NCBI GenBank assembly: GCA_963767925.1 | Contig: CAVYGB010000010.1 | Span: 832,001 to 896,000 of the forward strand | DNA from: an uncultured delta proteobacterium | Lineage (GTDB): Bacteria > Myxococcota_A > Polyangia > Fen-1088 | Direction of reading: 5' to 3' | DNA: 64,000 bases | Part shown: piece by piece, positions 9,795 to 20,707 of the stretch | How the letters are laid out: every line of letters begins with the position of its first letter | How positions within the stretch are numbered: the stretch's first letter is position 1 | Program-made: the position numbers and the translations under genes | The notes under the pieces: generated by a model | Database searches by the model: none | What the model was told of the DNA's origin: nothing | The model's input: only the letters and a program-made list of their open reading frames with translations

Positions 9795-12700
9795 TCACCC
9801 AACCCAGACGCGCGCATTGCGAAACAGGCGCAACCAGGGTCCGTCGCCAAGCCAGTCCTTGGGCCGCCAGGAGTGCTGCACGGCCCGGAACACCCGCTCC
9901 GGATGCGGCATGAGGATGGTCGACCCGGCCGTCGGCGCTGGTGACGGCCGTGACACCCGCGGGCGAGCCGTTGGGGTTGAGGGGGTAGCGCTCCGCGACC
10001 TCCCCCCGGTTGTCGACGTAAGCGAGCGGCCACCAGCCCGGCCGCCTCCAGCACGTCCCCGTCGGCGGCCTCGTTCCACTGCACCCGCCCCTCGCCGTGG
10101 GCCACGGCGATCGGCAGGCGGGCGCCCGCCATGCCCTGCAGCAACACCGAGGGGCTCGGCTCGATCCGCACCGTCACCAGGCGGGCCTCGAACCGCTCGG
10201 AGCGGTTGCGCACGAAGCGGGGCCAGCGCTCGGCGCCGGGGATCAGCGCCTTGAGGTTGGACATCATCTGGCAGCCGTTGCACACCCCGAGCGAGAACGT
10301 GTCGGGGCGGGCGAAGAAGGTGGCGAACGCGCTCGCGCGCCCGCGGGTTGAGCAGGATCGACTTGGCCCAGCCCTCGCCGGCGCCGAGCACGTCGCCGTA
10401 GGAGAAGCCGCCACAGGCGGCCAGGCCGCGCACATCGCCGAGATCGGCCCGGCCCTCGAGGATGTCGCTCATGTGCACGTCGACCGGCTGGAACCCGGCG
10501 CGCAGGAAGGCGGCGGCCATCTCGAGCTGCCCGTTGACCCCCTGCTCGCGCAGGATGGCCACCCGGGGCCGGGCCCCGAGGTTGACGAAGGGCGCGGCCA
10601 GGTCGGCGTCGGGCTCGAAGGGGACCGACGCGGAGAGGCCCGGATCGCTGGCGTCGAGCCGGAGGGCCTGCTCCTCGGCGGCGCAGGCCGGATCGTCGCG
10701 CAGGGTCTGCATCCGGAAGGTCGTGTCGGACCAGATCGCGCGCAGGGCGCTGCGATCGGCCCGGAACAGCCGCCGGCCGGCCTGGTCGATGGTGATGCGG
10801 GGCTCGCGGCCCAGGCGAGCCGACCCGGTGAAAGAAGTCGCTCAGGCCGTGGCGGGCCAGGACCTCCCGGGCGGGGCCCACGTCGGTGGGGCGCAGCTCG
10901 ATCACCGCCCCCAGCTCCTCGGAGAACAGGGCGGCCAGGGCGTCGGGGCCCGGCGGCGTGTCGATGGCCAGCCCCATCCCGCCAGCGAGGGCCATCTCGA
11001 ACAGGGTGACGAACAGGCCGCCGTCGGAGCGATCGTGGTAGGCGAGCAGGCGGCCGGCGCTGGCCAGCTCCTGGATGGCGGCGAAGAAGCCGCGCAGGAG
11101 GCGGGGATCGTCGAGGTCGGGCGGCCGGTCGCCGAGGACGCCGTACACCTGGGCCAGGGCCGAGCCGCCGAGGCGGTTGCGCCCGCGGCCGAGATCGACC
11201 AGCCAAAGCTCGCTGGCCCCGTCGGGCGCGCCCGCCCGCTGCAGCCGCCCGATCTCGGGGGTCAGGGCCCGGCGCACGTCGGTGACCGGGGCGAACGCGC
11301 TGACGACCAGCGACAGGGGCGGCGATCACCGGCGTGCCGGGCCCGCGCGTCGCTCCTGCCAGACGGTGCGCATCGACATCGAGTCCTTGCCCACCGGGAT
11401 GGCGATGCCGAGGGCGGGGCAGAGCTCGGTGCCGACGGCGCGCACGGCCTCGTACAGGCGGGCGTCCTCGCCGGGGTGGCCGGCGGCGGCCATCCAGTTG
11501 GCCGACAGCTTCACGTCCGACAGGCGCGCCGACCGGCGCCGAGGCGAGGTTGGTGATCGCCTCGGCCACCGCCAGCCGGGCGGAGGCGGCGGCGTCGAGC
11601 AGCGCCACCGGCGGGCGCTCGCCGATGGCCATCGCCTCGCCGGTGAGGGCCGTCGTAGCCGGAGACGGTCACGGCGGCGTCGGCCACCGGCACCTGCCAG
11701 GGCCCGACCATCTGGTCGCGCGCCACCAGGCCGGTCACCGATGCGATCGCCGATGGTGACCAGGAAGGTCTTGTCCGCCACCGCCGGCAGGCGCAGCACC
11801 CGCTGGACCGCCTCGGCCAGCTCGAGCCCCCGCGTGTCGAAGGGGACCCGGGGCGGGCGCACCGTGCGGGCGTCGCGCTGCATCCGCGGCGGCTTGCCGA
11901 ACAGGACCTCCATCGGCAGGTCGATGGGGCGGTTGCCGAAGTGGGCGTCGCCGACCTGCAGGTGGGCCTCGTCGCTGGCCTCCCCCACCACCGCGAAGGG
12001 GCAGCGCTCGCGCCGGCACAGGGCCTGCGAAGCCGGTCCAGGCCGCCGGGGGCCAGCGCCAGCACGTAGCGCTCCTGGGCCTCGTTGCACCACAGCTCGA
12101 GGGGCGACATGCCCGGCTCGTCGCTGGGGACCTGGCGCAGCTCGAAGCGCCCACCGCGGCCGCTGCCGTGCAGGAGCTCGGGCAGGGCGTTGGACAGGCC
12201 GCCGGCGCCGACGTCGTGGATCGAGAGGATGGGGTTGTCGGGGCCGAGCGCCCAGCAGCGGTCGATCACCTCCTGGCAGCGGCGCTGCATCTCGGGGTTG
12301 TCCCGCTGCACCGAGGCGAAATCGAGGTCCTCGAGCGAGGCGCCCCGAGGCGAGCGAGGAGGCCGCGCCGCCGCCGAGCCCGATCAGCAGGGCGGGACCA
12401 CCGAGCACCACGATCGGCGCGCCGGCGGGGACTCGCGCTCTTGGCCACGTGCTCGGCGCGGATGTTGCCGAGGCCGCCCGCGAGCATGATCGGCTTGTGG
12501 TAGCCGCGCAGCTCGGGCTCGCCGCCGGGTCCCGGCACCTCCATCTCGAAGGTGCGAAAGTAGCCGGTCAGAGCCGGGCGGCCGAACTCGTTGTTGAAGG
12601 CGGCGGCGCCGAGCGGGCCCCTCGAGCATGATGTCGAGCGCGGAGGCCATGCGGGCAGGGCGGCCGTTGTCGCGCTCCCAGGGCGCGACGGCGCCGGGCA

Positions 12701-13700
12701 GCCGCAGGTTGGAGACGGCGAAGCCGATCAGCCCGGCCTTGGGCTTGGCCCCGCGGCCGGTGGCCCCCTCGTCGCGGATCTCGCCGCCCGAGCCGGTGGA
12801 GGCGCCGGGATAGGGGGAGATGGCGGTGGGGTGGTTGTGGGTCTCGACCTTCATGAGGATGTGCACCGGCTCGTGCTGGACGCTGGTAAAGGCCGCTCTC
12901 CGGGTCGGCCACCAGGCGATCGGCGGCGGGCCCGGCCATGACGGCGGCGTTGTCGCGTAGGCCGAGAGCACGCCCTGGGGGCTGGCCTCGGTGCTGCGGC
13001 GGATCAGCTGGAACAGCGAGCGCTCCTGGCGCTCGCCGTCGATGAGGTAGTCGGCGTTGAAGATCTTGTGGCGGCAGTGCTCGCTGTTGGCCTGGGCGAA
13101 CATCATCAGCTCGACGTCGGTGGGGTCGCGGCCGAGGGCGGCGAAGGCCTGTTCGAGGTAGTCGATCTCGTCGTCCGAGAGGGCCAGCCCCAGCTCCCGG
13201 TTGGCCGCCGCCAGCCCGGCCAGAGGGACCACCCGCAGGGGGCGGGGCTCGGCCCGGGCGAACAGGCGCTCGGCCCCGGCCAGGTCGGACAGCACCGTCT
13301 CGGTCATGCGGTCGGCGAGGCCGCGCGCGAGGGCGGCGGGATCGGAGACCAGGCCGCTCACCTGGTAGCGCACGCCGCGCTCGAGCCGCTTCACCTCGGC
13401 GAGGCCGCAGATGCGGGCGATGTCGGTGGCCTTCGACGACCAGGGGGAGATGGTCCCCAGCCGGGGGACGACGTAGAGCTCGTGGTCGGGGGCCGGGGCC
13501 TCGGCGGGGGGCGGGTCGCCGTAGGCCAGGAGCTGGCGCAGCACCGCGAGCCGCTCGGGGGCCAGGGGGGCGGCGGTGTCGACCAGGTGGACGAAGCGGG
13601 CGGCCAGGCCGCGCAGCCCCGGGTTGCTCCGCTGCAGGGCGGGCAGCCGCTGCCCGATCCGGGCGGCCGAGAGGGCGATCGGTCCATCGAGAACCAGCAT
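9795..13700 (-). CDS. purL: Large-type phosphoribosylformylglycinamidine synthase, broken by many frameshifts (probably sequencing indels)
   Basis: Ordered fragments across frames: [94 protein letters not shown]. Confidence 0.9.
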
Positions 13701-13753
13701 GGGCGGAGCATGCCAGCTCCGACCAATCGGGCAATCCAATAGTTTTTCATGTT

Positions 13754-13776
13754 ATCCATCGGTGATTCCGATGGAT
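13754..13776. promoter_or_regulatory. Probable LysR recognition site
   Basis: Perfect inverted repeat ATCCATCGG-N5-CCGATGGAT containing T-N11-A, overlapping the LysR start codon, in an AT-rich divergent gap. Confidence 0.6.
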
Positions 13777-14739
13777 GACTCGGCCCCCATCGACAGCGCC
13801 CGGCTGCACACTTTCCTGGTGGTGGCCCGGGAGGGCGGCTTCTCGCGGGCCGCCCGCCGGCTGGGGCGCACCCAGTCCTCGGTGAGCCAGGCGGTGGCCC
13901 TGCTGGAGCGGGAGCTGGGGGCGCAGCTGTTCCGGCGGGAGGGGCGGGGGGCGGCGCCCAGCGACGCCGGGCGGGTGCTGCTGGTCCACGCCGAGCGGAT
14001 CCTCGAGGAGATGGCGCGCACGCGCAGCCACCTCGACGCCACCCGGGACCTGCGGGCGGGCGAGCTGGTGCTCGGGACCAGCGACACCCTGGCCTGTTAC
14101 CTGCTGCCCCCGCTGCTGGCCGCCTTCCGGGCGCGTTACCCGGGGGTGGAGCTGCGGCTGGACAACCGCCCCTCCCCCGCCACCGCCCTGGCGGTCGCCG
14201 AGGGGCGGGTCCACGCCGGGGTCGTGAGCCTGCCCTTGCCCCCCGGCCTGACAAGCGGCGGCCGGCCGCTGGCCGAGCGGGTGCGCTGCCAGCCGCTCGT
14301 GCCCCAGACCGACGTGGTGATCGCCCCGCCCGGTCACCCGCTGGCCCGGCGCAAGCAAGTGGCGGTGCGCGATCTGCTGCCCTTCCCGCTCCTGCTGCTC
14401 GACCGCACCACCGCCAGCCGGGCCTTCCTCGAGCAGGCGTTCGAGCGGGTCTTCGAGCGGGCTCCCGCCGCCCGGCGCCAGCGCCCGCAGGTGGTGATGG
14501 AGATGAGCAGCGTGGAGGTGCTCAAGCGCCTCGTCGAGCGGGGCTTCGGCGTCTCGGTGGTGCCGGCCTGGGCCGCCCGCCGCGAGGCCCGCGACCGGAC
14601 GCTGATCGTGCGGCCGCTGCGCGGGCTGCCCGCCCGCCGCTCGGCCGGCCTGGCCCTGCCGCAGGCCGCCCCCCTGCCCCGCGCCACCGCCGCCTTCGCC
14701 GACCTGGCCCGCGCGCTCCTGATCAGGAGAGCGACCTAG
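13771..14739 (+). CDS. LysR-family transcriptional regulator
   Basis: HTH FSRAARRLGRTQSSVSQAVALLERELGAQLF plus substrate-binding domain. Confidence 0.93.
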   Translation: MDDSAPIDSARLHTFLVVAREGGFSRAARRLGRTQSSVSQAVALLERELGAQLFRREGRGAAPSDAGRVLLVHAERILEEMARTRSHLDATRDLRAGELVLGTSDTLACYLLPPLLAAFRARYPGVELRLDNRPSPATALAVAEGRVHAGVVSLPLPPGLTSGGRPLAERVRCQPLVPQTDVVIAPPGHPLARRKQVAVRDLLPFPLLLLDRTTASRAFLEQAFERVFERAPAARRQRPQVVMEMSSVEVLKRLVERGFGVSVVPAWAARREARDRTLIVRPLRGLPARRSAGLALPQAAPLPRATAAFADLARALLIRRAT

Positions 14740-15025
14740 AGGTGAACGCCACCTTCGTGTCGCTCCTGGCGAGCTGCGGCCTCCACAAACTCGACCCGCT
14801 CGGCTACATCCGGGACCTGTTCTGCCTTCTTCCGCGGTGGCCCCCGGCAGGACATCCTCGAGCTCGCCCCCCTCAAATGGCGCGAGACCTCAAGAAGCGC
14901 GAGGCTCAGCAAGCCCTCGAAGCCAACGTCTTCCGTCGTGTGGTGCTCTCGTGCACCGTCCATCGCCCACCAGTCCTGCCGGAGCGCCCAGTCTCTGTCA
15001 GGGACGGGTGAGACCGAACGCTTAC
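14740..15025 (+). mobile_element. IS66-family remnant: transposase C-terminal fragment plus right terminal inverted repeat
   Basis: NATFVSLLASC.LHKLDPLGYIRDLFCLLPRWP, then (shifted frame) DILELAPLKW; ends ...CCGAACGCTTAC, whose reverse complement GTAAGCG is the typical IS66 terminus. Confidence 0.8.
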
Positions 15026-15094
15026 AACCAAACCCGCCCGCACGAGCATTTACCACCACCGCGGGATGCTTGTGGCTATTTCGCGAGCCCAGCC

Positions 15095-15670
15095 CTACTT
15101 TCCGACGAGGGCGGCGAGCTGGGCTTCGATGCGGGCGGCGTCGCCGGGCTCGAAGCCGGCGTTGACGTGGCGGAGGATGCCGGCCCGGTCGATGACGTAG
15201 GAGGTGGGCATCTTGGTCGGCTGCAGGCGATCCGGCACCGCTCCCGTCGGGTCGTGGGCCAGGGTGAGCGACCACTGCTTGCGCAGCCTGAGGAACTGCT
15301 CGGCGGCGGCGCGGTCCTCGTCGATGGAGACGGCGACGATCTCCACCCCCTTGCCCCGGAAGCGCCGGGCCATCTCGTCGAGGGTGGGCATCTCGTCCTT
15401 GCAGGGCACGCACCAGGAGGCCCAGATGTCGAGCAGGACCACCTTGCCCCGCAGCGACGACAGGCGCAGCTCCTGCCGTCCCCAGAACTCCTCCATGGCC
15501 ACCTCCGGCATCGGCTCGCCGAGGCCGCGGACGGTCGTGTCTCCGCCAGTGGCGGCGGCGGCCCCCATGGCGGCGCAGCCGGCCGGCCCGACCGCGAGGA
15601 AGGACAGCCCCAGGACGAGGGCGAGCCGGGTGGCGGCGGTGGGGGGCGACTGGGACGACGGCTTGTTCAT
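15095..15670 (-). CDS. TlpA/ResA-like thiol-disulfide oxidoreductase lipoprotein
   Basis: AAGGAG RBS; lipobox PAGC; GKVVLLDIWASWCVPC; MPTSYVID. Confidence 0.9.
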   Translation of the reverse strand: MNKPSSQSPPTAATRLALVLGLSFLAVGPAGCAAMGAAAATGGDTTVRGLGEPMPEVAMEEFWGRQELRLSSLRGKVVLLDIWASWCVPCKDEMPTLDEMARRFRGKGVEIVAVSIDEDRAAAEQFLRLRKQWSLTLAHDPTGAVPDRLQPTKMPTSYVIDRAGILRHVNAGFEPGDAARIEAQLAALVGK

Positions 15671-15986
15671 CTGTCGATCTCCTTGGTGGGAACTTTCCAC
15701 CCGCTGGCGCATGTCACCGCTGCCAGAACATTTCGGCAGAAACCGGCGGCGGGTGGAGAGGGCGGGCGGGCGCACCGGCCCGGACGGGACGGGCATCGGG
15801 TCGCCAAACGGGCGAGGCGAGGACGCGGGTGCTGACATGGGCTGTCAGTGGCGACGGCCGTCGTCGAGGCGGTCCCGGGAGGCGCGGTGGGGGCCGAGCG
15901 GGCACTGTTTTTCCAGGCACGTGGGGCAAGTGGGATAGCATGGCTCTACCCTTCGTCCCACCCCGCCTGCGTAGGAGAGCGCGAAC

Positions 15987-17705
15987 ATGATCCGACGTGC
16001 AACGTTGCTGTGGGCTCTCGGGCTGTCCCTGACCGCGGGCTGTACCGGCGCGGCCGGCCCCCCGGCCAGCCCAGGCACGGCCGGTGCGGGAGCCGGCGGC
16101 GCGGGCGGCGAGGTTGGGACGGGCGGCAGACCGTCGCCGGGCGGTACCGGCGGTAGCGGGGCGGCCGGCGGGTCGGGGGGAGCCGGGGGCGGGACGGCCG
16201 ACACCGGGCCGGAGCCCGAGCCGCCACCTCCGGTCGACGCCCAGCCGGCCGACACCGGCGCGGCCCCCGACCTGGCGCCGGAGCCGGGCGACGGCGGCGT
16301 GGGCGCACCCGCCGCGCCGATGGTCTGGGCCCGCAACGTCCGGATCGGCGTCGTCGAGGGGGCCCAGGGTCCCTTCGTGCGCCTCGGTCAGGGCGCCACC
16401 GTCGTGCCGCTGGCCATGCGCAACGCGCCCCTCATCGAGGGCCGGCCGCTGTTCGTGCGGGTTCACATCGCCACCGAGGCGGGGTTCTCGGCGCGCATGC
16501 TGCGCGGGGTGCTCACCGTGCGCCAGGGGGAGACCGAGCGGGCCCTCGAGACCACTCGGATGATCACCGGCGCCTCGAGCAGCGAGCGCCTCGAGTCGAC
16601 CTTCAACTTCCTCGTGCCGGCCGAGCTGATCAAGCCCGGCGCGTCGGTCTTCGCCGGGCTGTACGAGGCCGGACCGGCGCCAGCCCCCGCGGTGGCCGAC
16701 GCGCCCGAGCCGGCGATGCCGCCGCGGTTCCCGCCCACCGGCGCGGTCGAGCTCGGCGCCAAGGCGGGGCGCATGAGCCTCGACCTCGTGCTGGTGCCGG
16801 CCATCGGCGTCGGTGGCCCGATCGACGACTCGCCGGCCCGGCGCAAGAGCCTGGAGAACCACCTCTACGACGTCTACCCGGTCCAGAAGCTGAACGTGCG
16901 CTGGCGCGAGCCGCTGCGCTTTTCCACCCGCATCTCCGCCTCGCAGGGGTTCGCGGCGCTGGCCGAGGCGCGGGTCGAGGACGGGGCCACGCCCAACCAG
17001 TATTACCACCTCATGATCGCCCGGGCCGACACGCGCGAGAGCTACCTCGGCATCGCCAACTTCGCCGGCTCCGGCGAGCGCGACGGCGCCCGCCGCATCG
17101 GCATCACCTTCCTCGAGCCGCGGGTGGCCGACGCCTCGGTCGACAGCACCTCGCACGAGATCGGCCACAACCACGGCCGCAGCCACGCCCCCAACTGCGG
17201 CGCGGGTGGCCCCGACCCCGGCTACCCTTACGCCATGGGCGGGCTCGGCGTCGACGGCATCAGCCTCAGCGAAGGGGTGTTCTACCGGCGTCAGGGGCGC
17301 TTCGACATCATGGGGTACTGCTCGCCGACCTGGATCAGCGACTACACCTGGCGCGGCCTCGAGCAGCGGGTGCGCACGGTGAGCAGCTACGCCCCCGGCG
17401 CCGGCATGGCCCTGGCCGCCCGCGCGCTGCAGGCCTTCGTCACCCCGGGCGAGGCGCCGATCTGGAACCTCGTGCCCGGCAGCCTCGTCGACGCCGACGC
17501 CCCCGCCCCCACCGCCCGCCAGCGCGCGCGCCTCACCCTCGCCGACGGCACCGTCCAGGACGCCGCCGTCTCCCTCCGCACCCTCTCCGACGACCGCACC
17601 CGCGAGGTGGCCATCGACCTCCCGCTGGAAGGCGACATCACCGCCGCCGAGGTCACCCTCGACGGCATCTCCCACGCGCTCCCCCCGGCCTTCTTCCGGA
17701 ACTGA
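15987..17705 (+). CDS. Zinc metallopeptidase lipoprotein (metzincin, M66-like)
   Basis: Lipobox TAGC; HEIGHNHGRSH (HExxHxxGxxH); Met-turn DIMGYC. Confidence 0.75.
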   Translation: MIRRATLLWALGLSLTAGCTGAAGPPASPGTAGAGAGGAGGEVGTGGRPSPGGTGGSGAAGGSGGAGGGTADTGPEPEPPPPVDAQPADTGAAPDLAPEPGDGGVGAPAAPMVWARNVRIGVVEGAQGPFVRLGQGATVVPLAMRNAPLIEGRPLFVRVHIATEAGFSARMLRGVLTVRQGETERALETTRMITGASSSERLESTFNFLVPAELIKPGASVFAGLYEAGPAPAPAVADAPEPAMPPRFPPTGAVELGAKAGRMSLDLVLVPAIGVGGPIDDSPARRKSLENHLYDVYPVQKLNVRWREPLRFSTRISASQGFAALAEARVEDGATPNQYYHLMIARADTRESYLGIANFAGSGERDGARRIGITFLEPRVADASVDSTSHEIGHNHGRSHAPNCGAGGPDPGYPYAMGGLGVDGISLSEGVFYRRQGRFDIMGYCSPTWISDYTWRGLEQRVRTVSSYAPGAGMALAARALQAFVTPGEAPIWNLVPGSLVDADAPAPTARQRARLTLADGTVQDAAVSLRTLSDDRTREVAIDLPLEGDITAAEVTLDGISHALPPAFFRN

Positions 17706-17721
17706 CCCCCGCGCGGCGGCG

Positions 17722-17890
17722 CAGACCCCTCACCCCGCCCCGCTGCGCGGGGCGAGGGCGAACGGTCGACGGGGCGCGGAAATCGCGGCCGAATCCGCCC
17801 CGAGCGCCTGCCCGGAAGATGATCGCGGCACCTCCCAGTTGTTCGCCCTCGCCCCGCGGCAACTCGGAGAGGGTCGGGGTGAGGAGTCTG
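17722..17890. repeat. Inverted pair of REP-like hairpin repeats (REPIN-like doublet)
   Basis: CAGACCCCTCACCCC...GCGGGGCGAGGGCGAAC at 17722-17763; reverse copy at 17841-17890. Confidence 0.8.
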
Positions 17891-17909
17891 CAGGCGCGGG
17901 CGGGCCGGC

Positions 17910-19715
17910 TCAGCGCCGGCGGCGGCGGCCTATCCCGAGCAGGGCGAGGCCCAGCACCACCAGCGAGACGCTGGCGCTGGCGCCGCCGCCCGAGCCGACG
18001 CGGCAGTCGCAGCCGGCGGGGATGGGCTCGGGCGTCTCGGTGGGCTCGGTGGGTGGGGCGGTGCCGCCGGCGCCGCCGGTGCCCTGGCCGGAGGGGGTCG
18101 GGGGGACTGGCGGTCGCATGGGGGCGGGGGCGCCACCGGCGCCGCCGGCGCCCGAGGGGGGCGGCGAAGTGGCGCCGGCACCGCCGTCGGTGGTGGGGAC
18201 GGCGGCGGGGGGCGCGCCGTTGATGGTGAAGGGGCCGGCCGCGCAGCTCTCGGGGCCGGGACCGGGGGCCATGACCGTCGAGTCGTCGAGGCAGCGGGCG
18301 GCGGCGCCGGGCGTGCTGCCGGGGATCTCGATGCGCACGGTGGCCTGGCGGGCGTCGAGGGACTCCACGGTGAAGGTGATGCCGCCGGCAGGGTCGCTGT
18401 AGCTGGCCCCGGCCAGCAGGCCCTGCTGGCCCATCGCCGCCCCCATGTCGAGGTACCAGGTGTGGGTCGGCCGCTGGGTGGCGCCGCGCGTGTCGTTCGA
18501 GACCCGCACCTGCACCTGCGGCTGCAGCGTGCGGTCGATGCCGTGGGGCGCCCGCAGCTCGAGGTAATAGTGGGTCAGCTCGGTGATGCCCGAGCCGCCG
18601 CCTCCGCCCGAGCGGAAGAACGGCCGGGTCTTGCCCATGGGCACCTGCAGGGACTGGATGCCGTCGCAGGGCAGCTCGATCGGCAGCAGGGTGTAGGTGC
18701 CGCTCGAGGTGACCTCGGCCATGTTGCACTTGCCCAGCCAGCCCACGTAGGTCTTCTGGAAGCTGTTCATGTGCCGGCAGCCGCCCCGCCCCATCGGGTC
18801 GAAGCTGTCCCCGTATTCGCTGTGGGTGCAGACGTCCTGGACCACGTCGAGGAAGGGCACCGCCCCCGCCATGCAGGTGATGGCCGACGAGTGGCGCATG
18901 CCGAAGTTGTGCCCCGGCTCCTGGATGAGGACGCCGCAGCTCGCGGAGGCGTTGTACCAGGTGTCCTTCGACGGGCGGGCGGCGGTCCCGCCCGAGGCCA
19001 GCCCGGTCCAGCCGCAGGCTTCCACCCGCGAGCCCATGTACCAGAGGTAGTGATCGAAGGTGCCGGGGATCATCGGTTTCAAGGCGGTGGCCATGGCCCG
19101 CGTCCCGCAGCCGGTCATCGTGAACGGGAAGGGCCCGAACACCTGGCCGGTGACGTCCTGGCGGCCGTAGGAGGCCTCATTGAAGTATTGCCGGACGGAG
19201 GCGTTGCCCATCATCGGCACGTTGCTGAACAGGCGGCGGTTGGCCTCCTCGACGGTGAGGTTGACCCCGCCGCCGACGTCGACGAGCACGAAGGCGAAGC
19301 TGCGCGGGCGCTGGGGAGGGGCGTTGATGAGCGCGCGCGCGACCTGCTCGACCGCCTCGTCGTTGGTCTTCACCCGCTCGATGCGGGAGACCTCGAGCCC
19401 CTCGCCGATGGCGGCGCCCCAGACGTCGACCACGCTGCCGGGGGGCAGATCGGGGTCGCGGGTCAGGTACAGGCGGCGCTCGTCGCGCTCGCTCCCCTCG
19501 ACCCGCAGGAAATATTGCTCGTCGCTGCTGCCGTCGTCGAAGCTCAGCGTGTAGAGGACAAGCTCGCCGCGCAGGGCGCCCGGCGCCGGCGGATCGGGCT
19601 GGTCGGCGCTGGGGAGCTCGGCGGTGCAGGCGGCGATCCCGATCGCGCCAGCCAGGGCCAGCAGCAGGCGGGTGGCCCTACCGGCGTTCCCCCGGCGGTT
19701 CGATGACGCTTCCAT
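17910..19715 (-). CDS. Gametolysin/M11-like metallopeptidase with lipoprotein signal and MYXO-CTERM tail
   Basis: IAAC lipobox; QEPGHNFGMRH; EYGDSFDPMG; C-terminal GCDCRVG + TM + RRRRR. Confidence 0.75.
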   Translation of the reverse strand: MEASSNRRGNAGRATRLLLALAGAIGIAACTAELPSADQPDPPAPGALRGELVLYTLSFDDGSSDEQYFLRVEGSERDERRLYLTRDPDLPPGSVVDVWGAAIGEGLEVSRIERVKTNDEAVEQVARALINAPPQRPRSFAFVLVDVGGGVNLTVEEANRRLFSNVPMMGNASVRQYFNEASYGRQDVTGQVFGPFPFTMTGCGTRAMATALKPMIPGTFDHYLWYMGSRVEACGWTGLASGGTAARPSKDTWYNASASCGVLIQEPGHNFGMRHSSAITCMAGAVPFLDVVQDVCTHSEYGDSFDPMGRGGCRHMNSFQKTYVGWLGKCNMAEVTSSGTYTLLPIELPCDGIQSLQVPMGKTRPFFRSGGGGGSGITELTHYYLELRAPHGIDRTLQPQVQVRVSNDTRGATQRPTHTWYLDMGAAMGQQGLLAGASYSDPAGGITFTVESLDARQATVRIEIPGSTPGAAARCLDDSTVMAPGPGPESCAAGPFTINGAPPAAVPTTDGGAGATSPPPSGAGGAGGAPAPMRPPVPPTPSGQGTGGAGGTAPPTEPTETPEPIPAGCDCRVGSGGGASASVSLVVLGLALLGIGRRRRR

Positions 19716-19871
19716 ATGTGGCTCCTCCGCAGGTCGAGAGAGGTGGGGGGGCCAAAAAGAACAAAGAAACGATCCCGCGCGGACAGCGGACCCGCGCGTC
19801 GCAGAAGCGAGAGACGGCCCCCATGATACACAGCGTCCCGACCGGCGGCCAGCGCCGCCGCGGGGGCGGTG

Positions 19872-20684
19872 TCACGGGGTCGTCTCACGGGGTTTCGGGA
19901 GCTTTGTTCCGGGCTTTTCGCCGGGTGAGCCGGGCGGAGCGCCACCGCCGGCCAGCAGCCCATCGATCACCTCGGCCACCGAGGGATCGACGAGCAGGCC
20001 AGTGTGGGTGGTGGGCAGGGTCAGGTGACGGGCGCCCTGCAAGCGGGTGACGGGATCGGGGGCGAAGAAGTCGCGCTCTCCCGACACGGTCGTCACCTCG
20101 ACCCCCCGGGGCATCGCGGTCGTGCGCAGGTCGCGCAGGACCGGGCTGGAGGGGAGCAGCTCGACGCTGGCCCGCCCGAGGGGAGCGGTGACCAGGCCGA
20201 GCAGCGCCGACCAGGTGCCGCCCACCGGGCTGCCGAGCAGGACCAGCTTGCCCACCCGATCCCGCCCGCCGAGACACTTCACGTAATACAGGCCCACCAG
20301 CCCGCCCATCGAGTGCCCGACGATGTTGACCGTGCGGATCGAGGTCTGCGCGACGAGCGCCTCGACCTTCCGGGCGATCACGCCGGCGGCCTGGCGGATG
20401 CCGCCCAGGTTGAGGGGACCGATCCGGTAGGTGAAGACGAGGTAGCCCTTGCGGGTGAGGCGCTGCTCGAGCAGGTGGAGCGACCCGCGGGTGGCCATGT
20501 AGCCGTGGACCAGCAGGAGCGGCGGGCGCGCCGGATCCAGGCGGCCACTGTCGTGGCCCTGATCGGCGCCGGGTGCGACCCGGATGCGGTTGCCGCGCAG
20601 GAGCTGACGCACGTAGAGGGCCGCGCTGCCTGCGTCCCGGGTCAGGTCGGTCGTCCGCGAGGAAAGCCAGTCCAGAACACCCAT
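19872..20684 (-). CDS. Alpha/beta hydrolase (lipase/esterase)
   Basis: LLVHG oxyanion motif, GHSMGG nucleophile elbow, C-terminal His (THTGLL). Confidence 0.88.
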   Translation of the reverse strand: MGVLDWLSSRTTDLTRDAGSAALYVRQLLRGNRIRVAPGADQGHDSGRLDPARPPLLLVHGYMATRGSLHLLEQRLTRKGYLVFTYRIGPLNLGGIRQAAGVIARKVEALVAQTSIRTVNIVGHSMGGLVGLYYVKCLGGRDRVGKLVLLGSPVGGTWSALLGLVTAPLGRASVELLPSSPVLRDLRTTAMPRGVEVTTVSGERDFFAPDPVTRLQGARHLTLPTTHTGLLVDPSVAEVIDGLLAGGGAPPGSPGEKPGTKLPKPRETTP

Positions 20685-20707
20685 CGATCGACCGATATTA
20701 GCATTTG

